Numbered from the stretch's first letter, positions 17,928 through 27,800 are shown. The stretch: DNA of 64,000 nucleotides from Gemmatimonadota bacterium (GCA_036679605.1 JAZDCZ010000324.1:32001-96000), one strand, 5' to 3'. The notes: a model not told the origin generated them from the sequence alone. Translations and numbers: made by a program.

Positions 17928-18614
17928 GTGAACAGAGACCTAACCGATAGCGAGAGGCGGAGAATGGTAGAAGCAAAGGTGGCGGTATCGATAGTAGCGC
18001 TTACGGTCTTGCTTGGAGCGACGGGAATGAAGCCCGCAGTATCGCCGTCGAGCGTAGGAGATAGCACTAGGCTGGTGCTGGCGCCCGAGGGTAACGAAGC
18101 GCGCTACATGGTACGGGAGCAGCTCGCACGATTGTCGTTCCCCAGTGATGCCGTGGGTATGACCAAGGACCTTACAGGTGCACTCGTGATCGATGAGCAT
18201 GGCAAGGTGGTGCCGTCGGAGTCGAGGTTCACGGTAGACGTTACCACACTGAAGAGCGATCGTGAGCGCCGCGACCGGTATCTTCAACGCCGCACACTTC
18301 ATACGAGTGAGTTTCCCACGGTCGAGCTGAATCTGACCGAATTACCGGGGCTCCCTGTTCCCCTACCCGCGTCTGGGGCCTTCGACTTCGAACTCGTGGG
18401 TGATCTAACTGTTCATGGAGTCACGCGGTCTACAAGGTGGAAAGTCGTTGCGGAGGCTGAAGGTGCAGGGTTCTCCGGCACGGCGTCCACGTCATTCACC
18501 TTTGGCGACTTTGGTCTCGCCAAGCCCCGCATCGCCATGCTGTTAAGCGTCGCAGACACCATTCGGCTGGAGTACGATTTCCACTTGATCCCCGATCAGA
18601 AAGCTGAGCCATAG
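17928..18614 (+). CDS. YceI-family periplasmic protein
   Basis: Signal-like segment; TLKSDRERRD, GDLTVHGVTR, DFGL. Confidence 0.88.
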   Translation: MNRDLTDSERRRMVEAKVAVSIVALTVLLGATGMKPAVSPSSVGDSTRLVLAPEGNEARYMVREQLARLSFPSDAVGMTKDLTGALVIDEHGKVVPSESRFTVDVTTLKSDRERRDRYLQRRTLHTSEFPTVELNLTELPGLPVPLPASGAFDFELVGDLTVHGVTRSTRWKVVAEAEGAGFSGTASTSFTFGDFGLAKPRIAMLLSVADTIRLEYDFHLIPDQKAEP

Positions 18615-18625
18615 AGGTTCTCGAG

Positions 18626-19162
18626 CTAGCGGTTCAGTTGCGCGAGGCGGGCCGAGCATTCTGCAACACCCGTCTGCACATTGAGCGCCGTGTAGAGTGC
18701 CTTGGCCTCTTCCCACAATCGTCTCGCTTCTGCCACATCTCCCGAATCTTGTTTGAGGATCGCCAGCGGCCGGATGGCGTTTGCGAGATCGAGCTTGGGA
18801 GCCCGCTCGTGGTTGCGATATAGAGCAAGCGCCTCGTGGTAACATGGCTCTGCTAGTTCCGCGCAACCCGCATCCCGGTGGATGTCGCCTAAGTGTCGCA
18901 CGGTGTGCGCCAATGTGAGAGGGTCACTCTCTTCGCGGCAAAGGGCGACGGCCTCCTCGTACAACGGCCGCGCCGCATCGCCGTGTCCGGAATCTCGCTC
19001 GATTTGCCCCAGTGCCTTGAGCGCCCGCACCAACTCCTGTCGTTGGCCGGCCTGACGACAGAGCGACACCGCCGCCAGCAGATCGCGATGGGCATCGGCC
19101 AGTCGGTTCTCTCGCCGCGCGGAATCGGCGCGTCGAAGGAGTGTTTCGGCAGAATCTGACAT
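18626..19162 (-). CDS. Tetratricopeptide-repeat protein
   Basis: Repeated LG.I..D.G....A...Y.EA..L helices. Confidence 0.85.
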   Translation of the reverse strand: MSDSAETLLRRADSARRENRLADAHRDLLAAVSLCRQAGQRQELVRALKALGQIERDSGHGDAARPLYEEAVALCREESDPLTLAHTVRHLGDIHRDAGCAELAEPCYHEALALYRNHERAPKLDLANAIRPLAILKQDSGDVAEARRLWEEAKALYTALNVQTGVAECSARLAQLNR

Positions 19163-19233
19163 TCTGGCCTCGTTGGTGAGGACGTCGCGCGATGCAAGGA
19201 CCGCCATGGCAATATCGGTGAGTTGAGAGTGAC

Positions 19234-19362
19234 CGGCAACTCGGCGACGGTGAGGTTCATGCGTTACTCGGTCATCGCGACGTGCGGACAACGATGATCA
19301 ATGCGCACGTGCTGAACCGGCCGGGGCTCGGTGTTAGGAGCCCGGCGGACGAGATGGGATAA
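19234..19362 (+). pseudogene. intI: Integron integrase remnant
   Basis: [42 protein letters not shown]. The C-terminus matches IntI 'LLGH.DV.TTMIYTHVLNR.G.GVRSP.D' with catalytic Tyr changed to Asn. The first residues resemble the IntI N-terminal 'HP.E.G..EV.AFL' segment. Confidence 0.85.
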
Positions 19363-19419
19363 CCCGCTTGCTAACTCGCTACGCGGCGTAGTGGACTGCT
19401 TCCCAGGCTGCATATTGCC

Positions 19420-19466
19420 GGGTGCAGATCGGAACCGTATTCTTGAAGTTGTTGTGAGTGTTGGAC
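19420..19466 (+). other. Candidate attI site
   Basis: Lies between the intI stop and the first attC; ends in GTTGGAC (GTTRRRY core). Confidence 0.35.
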
Positions 19467-19580
19467 TAACGCGAAGGGCCCTTGCGCTAACTGGCCGGAA
19501 AGCAATAGGAGCCACGGCGAGACAACTCGGAGCCGTGTTTCACCCCTGTGCCACGCAGCTGAGCGCCCAATCCGTTATGC
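19464..19580 (+). repeat. Degenerate attC site
   Basis: GACTAAC ... CGCAGCTGAGCGCCCAATCC-GTTATGC; typical right arm, eroded left arm. Confidence 0.55.
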
Positions 19581-19599
19581 CGCAGAGGATGGGGGAGAT

Positions 19600-19686
19600 A
19601 TGGGACCGGGACGGTACATCGAGGTGAGATGTCTAGTTGGCTTGGTCGCCTGCTTCGTGATCGGCCATCCGCTGAGTGCGTTCTAA
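19600..19686 (+). CDS. 28-aa hydrophobic micro-ORF in a mini-cassette
   Basis: GGGGGAG RBS; MGPGRYIEVRCLVGLVACFVIGHPLSAF*; stop lies inside the attC R'' box. Confidence 0.4.
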   Translation: MGPGRYIEVRCLVGLVACFVIGHPLSAF

Positions 19687-19781
19687 CAAGCGATTGCTAC
19701 TGGCACGTATGACATCAGGGTCGCGCGCTACGCACGCGGAGGTCAGATTGCACACGCGGTAGAATTGCAAATCCGTTATAC
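19681..19781 (+). repeat. attC site
   Basis: TTCTAAC...GTTATAC with complementary inner boxes (GATTGCTACT / GGTAGAATTG). Confidence 0.8.
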
Positions 19782-19821
19782 CGCACAAGTTTACGATCCG
19801 ACCCCATCATTTCGTCCTCGG

Positions 19822-19859
19822 TTGACCCCCTTCGACAGAGTAATTACATTGTAATTACT
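19822..19859 (+). promoter_or_regulatory. Sigma70 promoter and palindromic operator of the TA cassette
   Basis: TTGACC-N17-TACATT; AGTAATTAC-ATT-GTAATTACT palindrome overlapping the -10. Confidence 0.75.
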
Positions 19860-19875
19860 ACATCAGAGGTAAACA

Positions 19876-20124
19876 ATGAAAACTAGGATTGTCAAAATCG
19901 GAAACTCTCGCGGGATCCGGATTCCCAAGCCGTTACTTGAACAGGCTGGCCTCCAAGATGAAGTCAAACTCGAGATCGATGAAGATGGCCTCCGTATTAC
20001 ACCTTCAGCCAACGTGCGTAGGGGGTGGAGTGAAGCAGCTCAAGTGATCGCAAATCGGGGCGAAGATGGCCTGCTTGATACGGAGACTCAGACCAACTTC
20101 GACGTGGCGGAGTGGACGTGGTAA
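19876..20124 (+). CDS. mazE: AbrB/MazE-family antitoxin (cassette)
   Basis: MKTRIVKIGNSRGIRIPKPLLEQAGL. Confidence 0.92.
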   Translation: MKTRIVKIGNSRGIRIPKPLLEQAGLQDEVKLEIDEDGLRITPSANVRRGWSEAAQVIANRGEDGLLDTETQTNFDVAEWTW

Positions 20125-20453
20125 CGACTACCCGGCCCCGAAGAGGTGACGTGTTCCTGATTGGACTAGATCCGACAAGAGGGCGAGAGATCCGCAAAAC
20201 GCGGCCCTGTCTGGTAGTGTCGCCCGACGAACTGAACGCCCATCTCAGCACGACTATTGTCGCACCAATGACCACCGGAGGGCATGCGTACCCTTTCCGC
20301 ATTCAATGTCGTTTTCAGCGCAAGTCGGGCTTCGTGGTGCTAGATCAACTCCGCACCATCGATTCTGCTCGATTAGTGAAGAAACTTGGCAAGGTATCTC
20401 CGACAATCCTGTCTAAGGTGCTGGACAGACTCCGCGAGATGTTCACGGCCTAA
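20112..20453 (+). CDS. mazF: PemK/MazF-family endoribonuclease toxin (cassette)
   Basis: RGDVF...LDPTRGREIRKTRPCLVVSP...DQLRTID. Confidence 0.93.
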   Translation: MDVVTTTRPRRGDVFLIGLDPTRGREIRKTRPCLVVSPDELNAHLSTTIVAPMTTGGHAYPFRIQCRFQRKSGFVVLDQLRTIDSARLVKKLGKVSPTILSKVLDRLREMFTA

Positions 20454-20462
20454 AGGAGTGCG

Positions 20463-20598
20463 GCATAACTAGCGCATGATACTGACGCCGCCGCGAGCGT
20501 CCGTAGCGGTGGATACTTGGTTCAATACGAGAGTACTATCATGGGTATGAAGAGGAGGGTTGGAGGAGCGGCGCAGTATACGCGCAATGTCGTTAGGC
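20463..20598 (+). repeat. attC site
   Basis: GCATAAC...GTTAGGC; arms GCGCATGATACTGACGCCGC / GCGGCGCAGTATACGCGC. Its R'' flank GTGCGGCATAAC complements the previous R' GTTATACCGCAC. Confidence 0.85.
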
Positions 20599-20763
20599 GG
20601 ACAGGTTCAGCTCGCGAAGGAGATCATGACAGTGGCCAAAGCGATCATCGGTTTCTTGGCGGGCAGCCTCGTAACGTCGCTCATCGCCTGGGCCTTCGCC
20701 ATCCCGCAGGTACGCCAATCGTACCGCACGCCACCCCCCAACCACCGCACATCGGAGGTTCAC

Positions 20764-21150
20764 ATGAAGCGAGTCACTGGCATCGGCGGCATCTTTTTCA
20801 AGGCGAAGGATGCACCGGCGCTGCAGGCTTGGTACAAGGCTCATCTCGGCATCGATGTCCAGGCGTGGGGCGGTGCCGCATTCGACTGTGTCGACTCGGA
20901 TGGCAAGCCCACCGGCGGAACGACCACCTGGTTGGTTGCTTCGGAGGAAAGCAAGCAGTTTGCTCCAAGCAAAGCCTCGTTCATGGTCAACTACCGCGTT
21001 GAAGACCTTCACGCTCTGGTCGCGGCGCTCAAGGCGGAGGGCTGCAACGTCCTCGACAAGATCGATGACTCTGAGTACGGCAAGTTTGGCTGGGTCATCG
21101 ATCCCGAGGGAAACAAGGTTGAATTGTGGCAACCACTTGCCGGTCAGTGA
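20764..21150 (+). CDS. VOC/glyoxalase-family protein (cassette); in-frame hydrophobic extension from ATG 20626
   Basis: MKRVTGIGGIFFK...YGKFGWVIDPEGNKVELWQP; own GGAGG RBS. Confidence 0.9.
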   Translation: MKRVTGIGGIFFKAKDAPALQAWYKAHLGIDVQAWGGAAFDCVDSDGKPTGGTTTWLVASEESKQFAPSKASFMVNYRVEDLHALVAALKAEGCNVLDKIDDSEYGKFGWVIDPEGNKVELWQPLAGQ

Positions 21151-21181
21151 AACGCGCCCACGCTCCCTGCGGCAGTCTGCG

Positions 21182-21259
21182 GCCTAACCCTTCGCTGCAG
21201 CCGACCTGCTACCCCTGGCTCCGCCAGCCTCCGCAGGCGGCTGAACTCAATCGTTAGGT
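21182..21259 (+). repeat. attC site
   Basis: GCCTAAC...GTTAGGT; arms GCTGCAGCCGACCTGC / GCAGGCGGCTGAAC. Confidence 0.88.
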
Positions 21260-21281
21260 GGCTCCGACGGGAGGTCAAGAT

Positions 21282-21887
21282 ATGACCGCCATCGCGACAA
21301 ACGGGGACGACGTGAGAATGGAAGCGGCGCGCATCGCCTTCGCACTGATCCGCTTTGAGGGAGTCGCGGCCCACCCGATGGGAGCGTCCATACCGCCAGA
21401 CTCGCTCCGGGTCGGGACCGAGGCGTTCTTCCTCCCGTCCTGGCGCGAAGTTCCATACGACGAGGTCGAAGCCTTCCTCGTCGGCTTGCCGTCCCCCGCG
21501 CTACTGGCACCGACCACGATGCGCGGCGTAATTGCGCTCGCGCTATTGCACGAGCTGAGTGGCGATCGGCAACGCTGGGCCGAGAAGACCCTGAGCAACT
21601 TCGCCGCAGGGCTTGAGGAGATCGCCCCGCAGCTTGGCTTGTCGCCCACGTCGCGCATTCTGCTCGAGTTTGACCAAGAATCGCATGCTTTTTCCTTTGC
21701 CGGGATCCGCGAATGGACGCAGCAACTTCCCGTGCAAGTGGGGTGGAGCATCTCGCCGCTTGAGGGCGACGACCGCGCGGACGCTTGCATGATGCTGAGG
21801 CGCAGCGATGGCAAGCGGTTTCCGGGACAGTCGTGCACGATCCCGCCCGGTTGGTCGCCTCGTGAGCCTGAGAGCGGAGCCACCTAA
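21282..21887 (+). CDS. Hypothetical cassette protein (201 aa)
   Basis: GGAGG RBS; stop within R''; cassette ends are complementary (GTTAGGTGGCTCC / GGAGCCACCTAAC). Confidence 0.75.
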   Translation: MTAIATNGDDVRMEAARIAFALIRFEGVAAHPMGASIPPDSLRVGTEAFFLPSWREVPYDEVEAFLVGLPSPALLAPTTMRGVIALALLHELSGDRQRWAEKTLSNFAAGLEEIAPQLGLSPTSRILLEFDQESHAFSFAGIREWTQQLPVQVGWSISPLEGDDRADACMMLRRSDGKRFPGQSCTIPPGWSPREPESGAT

Positions 21888-21994
21888 CGCGCGCCTGAAG
21901 CTGGCAGGCGGAGAGGATTCGATTGGTTGGTGCGTATGGTGAGAGTTAGAGAACGACTGAGTCGCCTGTAGCTTACGCGCCGGAGCCGTTAGGC
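21882..21994 (+). repeat. attC site
   Basis: ACCTAAC...GTTAGGC; arms GCGCCTGAAGCTGGCAGGCG / CGCCTGTAGCTTACGCGC. Confidence 0.85.
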
Positions 21995-22013
21995 GGCGCC
22001 ATAGGAGGCTTAT

Positions 22014-22208
22014 ATGACTGAAACCGACTCACCGTTAGGACGATCAATCGGCCTCTCTGGTGTCATTCGCTTCTTAGTTGCCGTGGCCGTGGTCGTCGCT
22101 GTTGGCGCGGCGTTCGCTGACGGTCACTACAGGTTGGGGATCGCTGGCGTCATATTCGTCGTGGCCGCTGTGATCCTGGGGTATCGGGCTTGGCGCGCTC
22201 GGCAGTAG
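22014..22208 (+). CDS. Small two-TM membrane protein (cassette)
   Basis: AGGAGG RBS right after attC; two hydrophobic helices and a basic tail. An isolated R'' half-site GCGCCGCCGAAC follows at 22246-22257. Confidence 0.7.
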   Translation: MTETDSPLGRSIGLSGVIRFLVAVAVVVAVGAAFADGHYRLGIAGVIFVVAAVILGYRAWRARQ

Positions 22209-22303
22209 GCTGGAGTGCCCCGACGGGGCAGCGATTCTAAGTCGAGCGCCGCCGAACTCCTAATAAGGCCTCCCTTGTCAAGCGCATACAAAAGGAGTCG
22301 GAT

Positions 22304-22519
22304 ATGAGGGCGTACATGAAATCATTTATCAGTTTTCTAGTCGCGCTCACCGGAGCAGACGCGATTTTCACGGCGTTGGATATTGACCACCATATCTTCC
22401 GTGATCCGTTTAAAGCCGTAAACGTCGTTATTTATCTCGGTGTTGTGGCTGGCTTCTTTCGGCTTACAATTTGGCTCTTGGAGCGACTTCCTTATTTCAG
22501 CAACAAACGCGGTGCCTAA
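22304..22519 (+). CDS. Small two-TM membrane protein (cassette)
   Basis: AAGGAG RBS; lower GC; stop lies in the R'' of the next attC. Confidence 0.7.
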   Translation: MRAYMKSFISFLVALTGADAIFTALDIDHHIFRDPFKAVNVVIYLGVVAGFFRLTIWLLERLPYFSNKRGA

Positions 22520-22609
22520 CTCGCCGTTGCTACCGACGGCGCCCGGCGGTGGCGAGCTAGACTGAGCGATTCAGTAGGGCGCCGTAGCAGAACGGCAGAG
22601 CTGTTAGGC
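22514..22609 (+). repeat. attC site
   Basis: GCCTAAC...GTTAGGC; arms GCCGTTGCTACCGACGGCGCCC / GGGCGCCGTAGCAGAACGGC. Confidence 0.9.
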
Positions 22610-22654
22610 GGCGTCGGATGTTCGGTTCTACCATGTCGGATCATTGGAGGAAAC

Positions 22655-22804
22655 ATGTTCGAAATCTGGGTTAGCGTCGCGTTGCTGGGGCTGTGGAGTT
22701 GCGTCGGAGTCCTGTATGGCAACAGCAGGAAAGCCTCCAAACAACTTGATGAAATAGTGGCGCTCCTGACACGAATGGCGGGAGAGCAGCCCGGTCGCGA
22801 CTGA
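22655..22804 (+). CDS. 49-aa single-TM micro-protein (cassette; below the ORF-track cutoff)
   Basis: GGAGG RBS; MFEIWVSVALLGLWSCVGVLYGNSRKASKQLDEIVALLTRMAGEQPGRD*. Confidence 0.65.
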   Translation: MFEIWVSVALLGLWSCVGVLYGNSRKASKQLDEIVALLTRMAGEQPGRD

Positions 22805-22879
22805 CTTCCCATTCCCATGCCGCTTTGCCCTTCGCTAAGGTGAAGCATCTTGGAAATCGGAGATCGAGATTCTCACGCC

Positions 22880-22985
22880 GTTTAACTAGCAAATGATACT
22901 GACGCCGCCTTCGGGGGTCTAAGATATGGACATGTGGTGAGGGACGAGAGCAAACTATGAAAATGAAGAATTTGATGAGGATTGG
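22880..22985 (+). repeat. Truncated attC (left part only), end of the array
   Basis: TAACTAGCAAATGATACTGACGCCGCC is nearly identical to the start of attC 20463; no matching right arm found. Confidence 0.7.
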
Positions 22986-23167
22986 GACCACGGCATGACG
23001 ATCACGCTGCTGGGGAAACCTCACCTCTAGCTCGGCACATCGCATTAGCGCAGCCACTCCATTGCAATCCTACTGCATGGGCAGGTTGTTCAGTTGCCCC
23101 CGTTGGACTGGCAACCTCGCCGACCGACGGGTAAGTTCGTCAGCCCCGAGTGTCACAGGAGGCCACC

Positions 23168-24769
23168 GTGCAACGAATCGCGCAACTCTCTTTCATCGCA
23201 GCGGCCGCTCTAATTGCGGTCCCCCAGCAGGCAACCGCTCAGCAACGTGAGGTAACCCCGGCACCCAACCGCGCCGAGGGTGAAGGCCCATTCAACCGGT
23301 TGGTAATTCGCGGCGCAATCGTCATAGACGGTACCGGCGGGCCGCCCCGTGGTCCGGTGGACATCGTCATAGAAGGCAATCGCATCGAGCGAATCCAAGG
23401 AGTGGGTGTGCCGGGAGTACCGCTCGACTCGATGGGTCGACCGGCGCCCGGCACCAAAGAAATCGACGCCACCGGCATGTACGTGCTGCCGGGTTTTGTG
23501 GATATCCACCTGCACACGGGCGGGGTCCCCAAGGCACCCGAGGCTGAATACGTCTACAAGTTGTGGATGGCACACGGGATCACGACGGGGCGAGGCGTCG
23601 CGTTCGGGCCGGTCGATTGGTCGCTTAGCGAGAAGAAGAGAAGTGCGGCAAACGCGATCACGGCACCACGCATGTGGGTATACCAACGTCCTGGCCAGGG
23701 GTGGGACGGCGGCCCGATAAGAACCCCCGACACCGCGCGCGCATGGGTGAAATGGGCCGCCAAGAAAGGCATCGACGGCATCAAGCTCACAGCCCATCCG
23801 CCGGCCATCATGGAAGCGCTGCTTGATGAGGCCAAGAAGAATCACATGGGCTCGGTGGCGCATCTTGCCCAAACCGGTGTGGCGGAGATGAATGCCTTGG
23901 ACGCCGCGCGACTTGGCTTGGGCACCGTAACACACTACTACGGTTTGTTCGAAGCTCTGTACGACGACCACGACGTGCAGCCGTGGCCGGCCGACATGAA
24001 CTACAACAACGAGCAGCACCGCTTTGGCCAGGTTGCGCGACAGTGGAACATGATCCATCCGCAGGGGAGCGACGAGTGGAAGGCGATGCTCACGGAACTC
24101 AAGGAGCTGGACGTGACGCTAGACCCCACGATGACCGCGTATCTCGCGAGTCGTGACGTCATGCGCGAGCGAAGGGCCGAGTGGCAAGACAAGTACACGC
24201 TCCCCAGCCTGTGGGATTACTATCAGCCGAGCAGGACGAATCACGGTTCCTATTACTACAATTGGACTTCCACCGATGAGGTGGCGTGGAAGAATTTCTA
24301 TCACGTGTGGATGCAGCTCTTGGACGACTACAAGGACATGGGTGGTCGTGTGACCGTGAGTTCTGACGCCGGGTACATCTACAACCTGATGGGATTTTCG
24401 ACAATCGAAGAGATGGAATTGCTCGAGGAAGCCGGGTTCCATCCGTTGGAGGTCATTCGCAGCGCAACCAAGTACGGTGCGGAAACGTTGATGAAACCGC
24501 TCGGCAAGCCAATCGATTTCGGGATCGTGCGCGAGGGGTTCTTGGCGGACCTCGTGATAGTGGACGAGAATCCCATCGAAGATCTCAAGGTCCTCTATGG
24601 GACCGGCGTGGTGCGGCTAAACGACAAGACCGGAACGGCCGAACGAAGGGGCGGCGTGGTTTACACGATCAAGGACGGGATAGTGTACGACGCGAAGCAA
24701 CTCCTGGCCGACGTGGCTCGCATGGTGGCCGACCAGAAGCGTGCTCGAGGCATGATACCGCAGCAGTAG
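23168..24769 (+). CDS. Secreted amidohydrolase-family protein
   Basis: Signal peptide; VLPGFVDIHLH metal motif; ADLVIVDENP. Confidence 0.88.
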   Translation: MQRIAQLSFIAAAALIAVPQQATAQQREVTPAPNRAEGEGPFNRLVIRGAIVIDGTGGPPRGPVDIVIEGNRIERIQGVGVPGVPLDSMGRPAPGTKEIDATGMYVLPGFVDIHLHTGGVPKAPEAEYVYKLWMAHGITTGRGVAFGPVDWSLSEKKRSAANAITAPRMWVYQRPGQGWDGGPIRTPDTARAWVKWAAKKGIDGIKLTAHPPAIMEALLDEAKKNHMGSVAHLAQTGVAEMNALDAARLGLGTVTHYYGLFEALYDDHDVQPWPADMNYNNEQHRFGQVARQWNMIHPQGSDEWKAMLTELKELDVTLDPTMTAYLASRDVMRERRAEWQDKYTLPSLWDYYQPSRTNHGSYYYNWTSTDEVAWKNFYHVWMQLLDDYKDMGGRVTVSSDAGYIYNLMGFSTIEEMELLEEAGFHPLEVIRSATKYGAETLMKPLGKPIDFGIVREGFLADLVIVDENPIEDLKVLYGTGVVRLNDKTGTAERRGGVVYTIKDGIVYDAKQLLADVARMVADQKRARGMIPQQ

Positions 24770-24815
24770 CTTGGCGGATAGGCGATCGAACAACCATTTA
24801 CGGAAGGACCTGTTG

Positions 24816-27800
24816 ATGTGTAAGCTCACTTGCAAAGTGGGATTCGTCCTGCTGGTTGCATTCACGTTTCCCTTTGGTGCTGAGGCCACCGCCCAGGTAC
24901 TGAACCGCGACAACATTGCAGGGGCAGTGGCGGGTCTCAAATTGAGAGGTATTGGGCCCGCGGTGATGGGCGGGCGCATTGCGGACGTTGCAGTGGACTC
25001 CCACAGAAAATCCACGTGGTACGTGGCCGCAGCGTCCGGTGGTGTCTGGAAGACCACCAACGCCGGAATCACGTGGAAGCAGGTGTTCGGCAATCAACCG
25101 TCTTACTCAATCGGTACCGTCGCGCTCGATCCCAACAATCCCGCAGTGGTTTGGGTGGGCACAGGCGAGAACGTGAGCGGCCGGCACGTGGGTTGGGGTG
25201 ACGGTGTGTACAAGAGTTTGGACGGCGGCGCGTCGTGGCGCCGCATGGGGCTCGAGACATCGCAGCACATCGGAAAGATCCTCATCGATCCACGCGAAGG
25301 GAACGTCGTTTTGGTTGCAGCCGAGGGCCCGCTCTGGTCATCGAGTGGAGAGCGCGGTGTTTACAGGAGTACTGATGGTGGCAACACGTGGAGGGCGGTG
25401 CTCGAGATCGATGAGAATACAGGTGTAACGGATATCGAGTTCGATCCCTCCAACCCGGACGTAGTATACGCGGCTGCGTATCAACGTAGGCGGCGCATCT
25501 GGTCGTTGCTGGGCGGCGGTCCCGGCTCGGGGATCTACAAGTCGACAGATGGGGGCGAGAGTTGGCGCAAGATCACGAAGGGTCTTCCCAAGAGCGAAAT
25601 GGGCAAGATCGGTCTCGCGGTTACGCCGGCCGATCCTGCTCTAGTGTATGCAACGATCCAGGCGAGCGACGAGGAGCGCGGCTTCTACCGCTCGCGCGAC
25701 AATGGCGAGAGCTGGGAGCGGAGGAACTCGTACATCTCTGGCGGTACGGGTCCCCACTACTACCAGGAGATCGAGGCGTCGCCCACGAACCCCGACCTCG
25801 TATATCAGATGGACGTGTTTCTTCACGTGACGCGCGACGGTGGTGCAAACTTCGACTACCTGGGGACGGGCAGTGAGAAGCACAGCGACAATCACGCGCT
25901 GTGGATCGATCCCGCGAACGGCGATCACATGATCGCGAGCACCGACGCCGGTCTGTACGATACGTTCGACGAGGGCACGACCTGGCGTCACTTTCCCAAC
26001 CTGCCGGTCTCCCAATTCTACAAGCTCGCGCTCAGTAACGCCGAGCCGTTCTACGACATACTGGGCGGAGCGCAGGATCTGGGAACGCTGTTCGGGCCTG
26101 CGCGCACCGCGAACGTGGAAGGTGTGCGCAACCGCGATTGGTACGCGCCCATGGGTGCAGACGGATACAGCGTGGCGATCGATCCCACAGATCCCAACAC
26201 GCTCTACCTGGAAACGCAGGTGGGTAATCTGTACCGCTACGACCGCGCGAGTGAAGAGGCGCTGGGTATCCAGCCTCAGTCTGAGCCGGGCGATCCACCC
26301 GAGCGCTGGAACTGGGATTCACCGATCGTCATAAGCCCGCACGCATCCAACCGTCTCTACTTCGGTTCGCAACGACTGTGGCGTAGTGACGATCGCGGCA
26401 ACTCGTGGACGCCCGTTAGCGGAGATCTCACGCGTAACCGCAACCGTTACGAGCTGGAACTCATGGGACGCGTGTGGAGTGTGGATGCTCTGTACGAAAA
26501 CTCAGCCATGTCGCAGTACGCGACCATAACCACGATCTCCGAGTCTCCTGTAGCGGAAGGCTTATTGTATGTGGGGACCGACGACGGCTTGATCCAGGTG
26601 AGTGAAGACGGCGGGGAGAATTGGAGAGCGGCTGACGATCTTCCCGGCGTACCCGAGCTGTCGTTCATCAATAGGGTCGTGGCCTCGCAGAACGATGCCG
26701 CTACTGTGTTTGCCGTTGCCGACGCTCACAAGACGGGCGATTTCAGTCCCTACCTGTTCCAGAGCAGGGATCGCGGTGGCAGTTGGCGCTCGATCAGTGG
26801 TGACCTTCCGGCCGGTACCATCGTGTGGGCGGTGCAGCAGGACCATGTCGATCCCGATCTGCTGTTCGTAGGTACCGAGTTCGGCCTCTACTTCACGCCG
26901 AACATGGGAACCAACTGGTTCAAGTTGAGTGGTGGTGTGCCGACCATCGCGTTCCGCGACATCAAACTCCAGAGGAGAGATCAAGATCTAGTGGGCGCCA
27001 CGTTCGGCAGAGGGTTCTACGTGCTGGACGATTACTCGCCGCTCAGGGAGATCGCCGCGGGTGCGTTACAAGCGACCACGCTGTTCCCCGTACGGGACGC
27101 GTGGTGGTACGTGCCATACGTTCCCATGCAGGCTCGCGGTAAGCCCACGCTCGGGAGCACCGATTACACCGCACCCAACCCGCCGTTCGGGGCGACGTTC
27201 ACCTATTACCTGGCGGACAGCACCGTGACCGAACGCGATGCGCGTCGTGCGACCGAGCGTGCGCTCAGCGAGCGAGGCGAAGACGTGCCGTTTCCCGGGT
27301 TCGATGTGCTGCGGCAGGAAGTGATGGAGAGTGCGCCGCGCGTTTTGTTGATGGTGAAAGATACTGACGGTGCGCCCGTGCGGTGGGTCGAAGGGTCTGC
27401 CAAGCAGGGACTTCACAGGGTCAGTTGGGACTTGCGGAGGCCGCCGCCCGACCCGACTAACCTCGATCAGCAGGACTTCACTCCACCGTGGGTGTCGCCG
27501 CCGCAGGGTGCACTCGTTGCGCCGGGGAAGTATAGTGTCGAACTGGTACGTATCTCGAGTGCCGGTGTGGAACTGTTGGGCACGCCGCACGAATTTCAAG
27601 TGAAACCCGTGCCGACCACTGCTACCGGCACAGACTTCGTTGCCGTAGCCCAGTTTCAGCAGGAGACCGGCGAACTCATGCGGCGCGTGGCCGGGGCCGG
27701 GCGTGAGCTAGGGCGTGTGCGCACGCGTCTTCGGTTGATGCGGGCCGCGCTCGTGGAGACGCCGCGTGCCGATCCCGTGCTGTTTACGCGCATGGATCAG

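Noticed and set aside
19264..19627. ORFs 19264..19515 (-) and 19331..19627 (+)
   Set aside because: Shadows of the intI remnant and the attI/attC region; no independent coding evidence.
19464..22985. Possible CRISPR array
   Set aside because: The repeats are long, imperfect palindromes separated by genes (attC), not identical short repeats with spacers; no cas genes.
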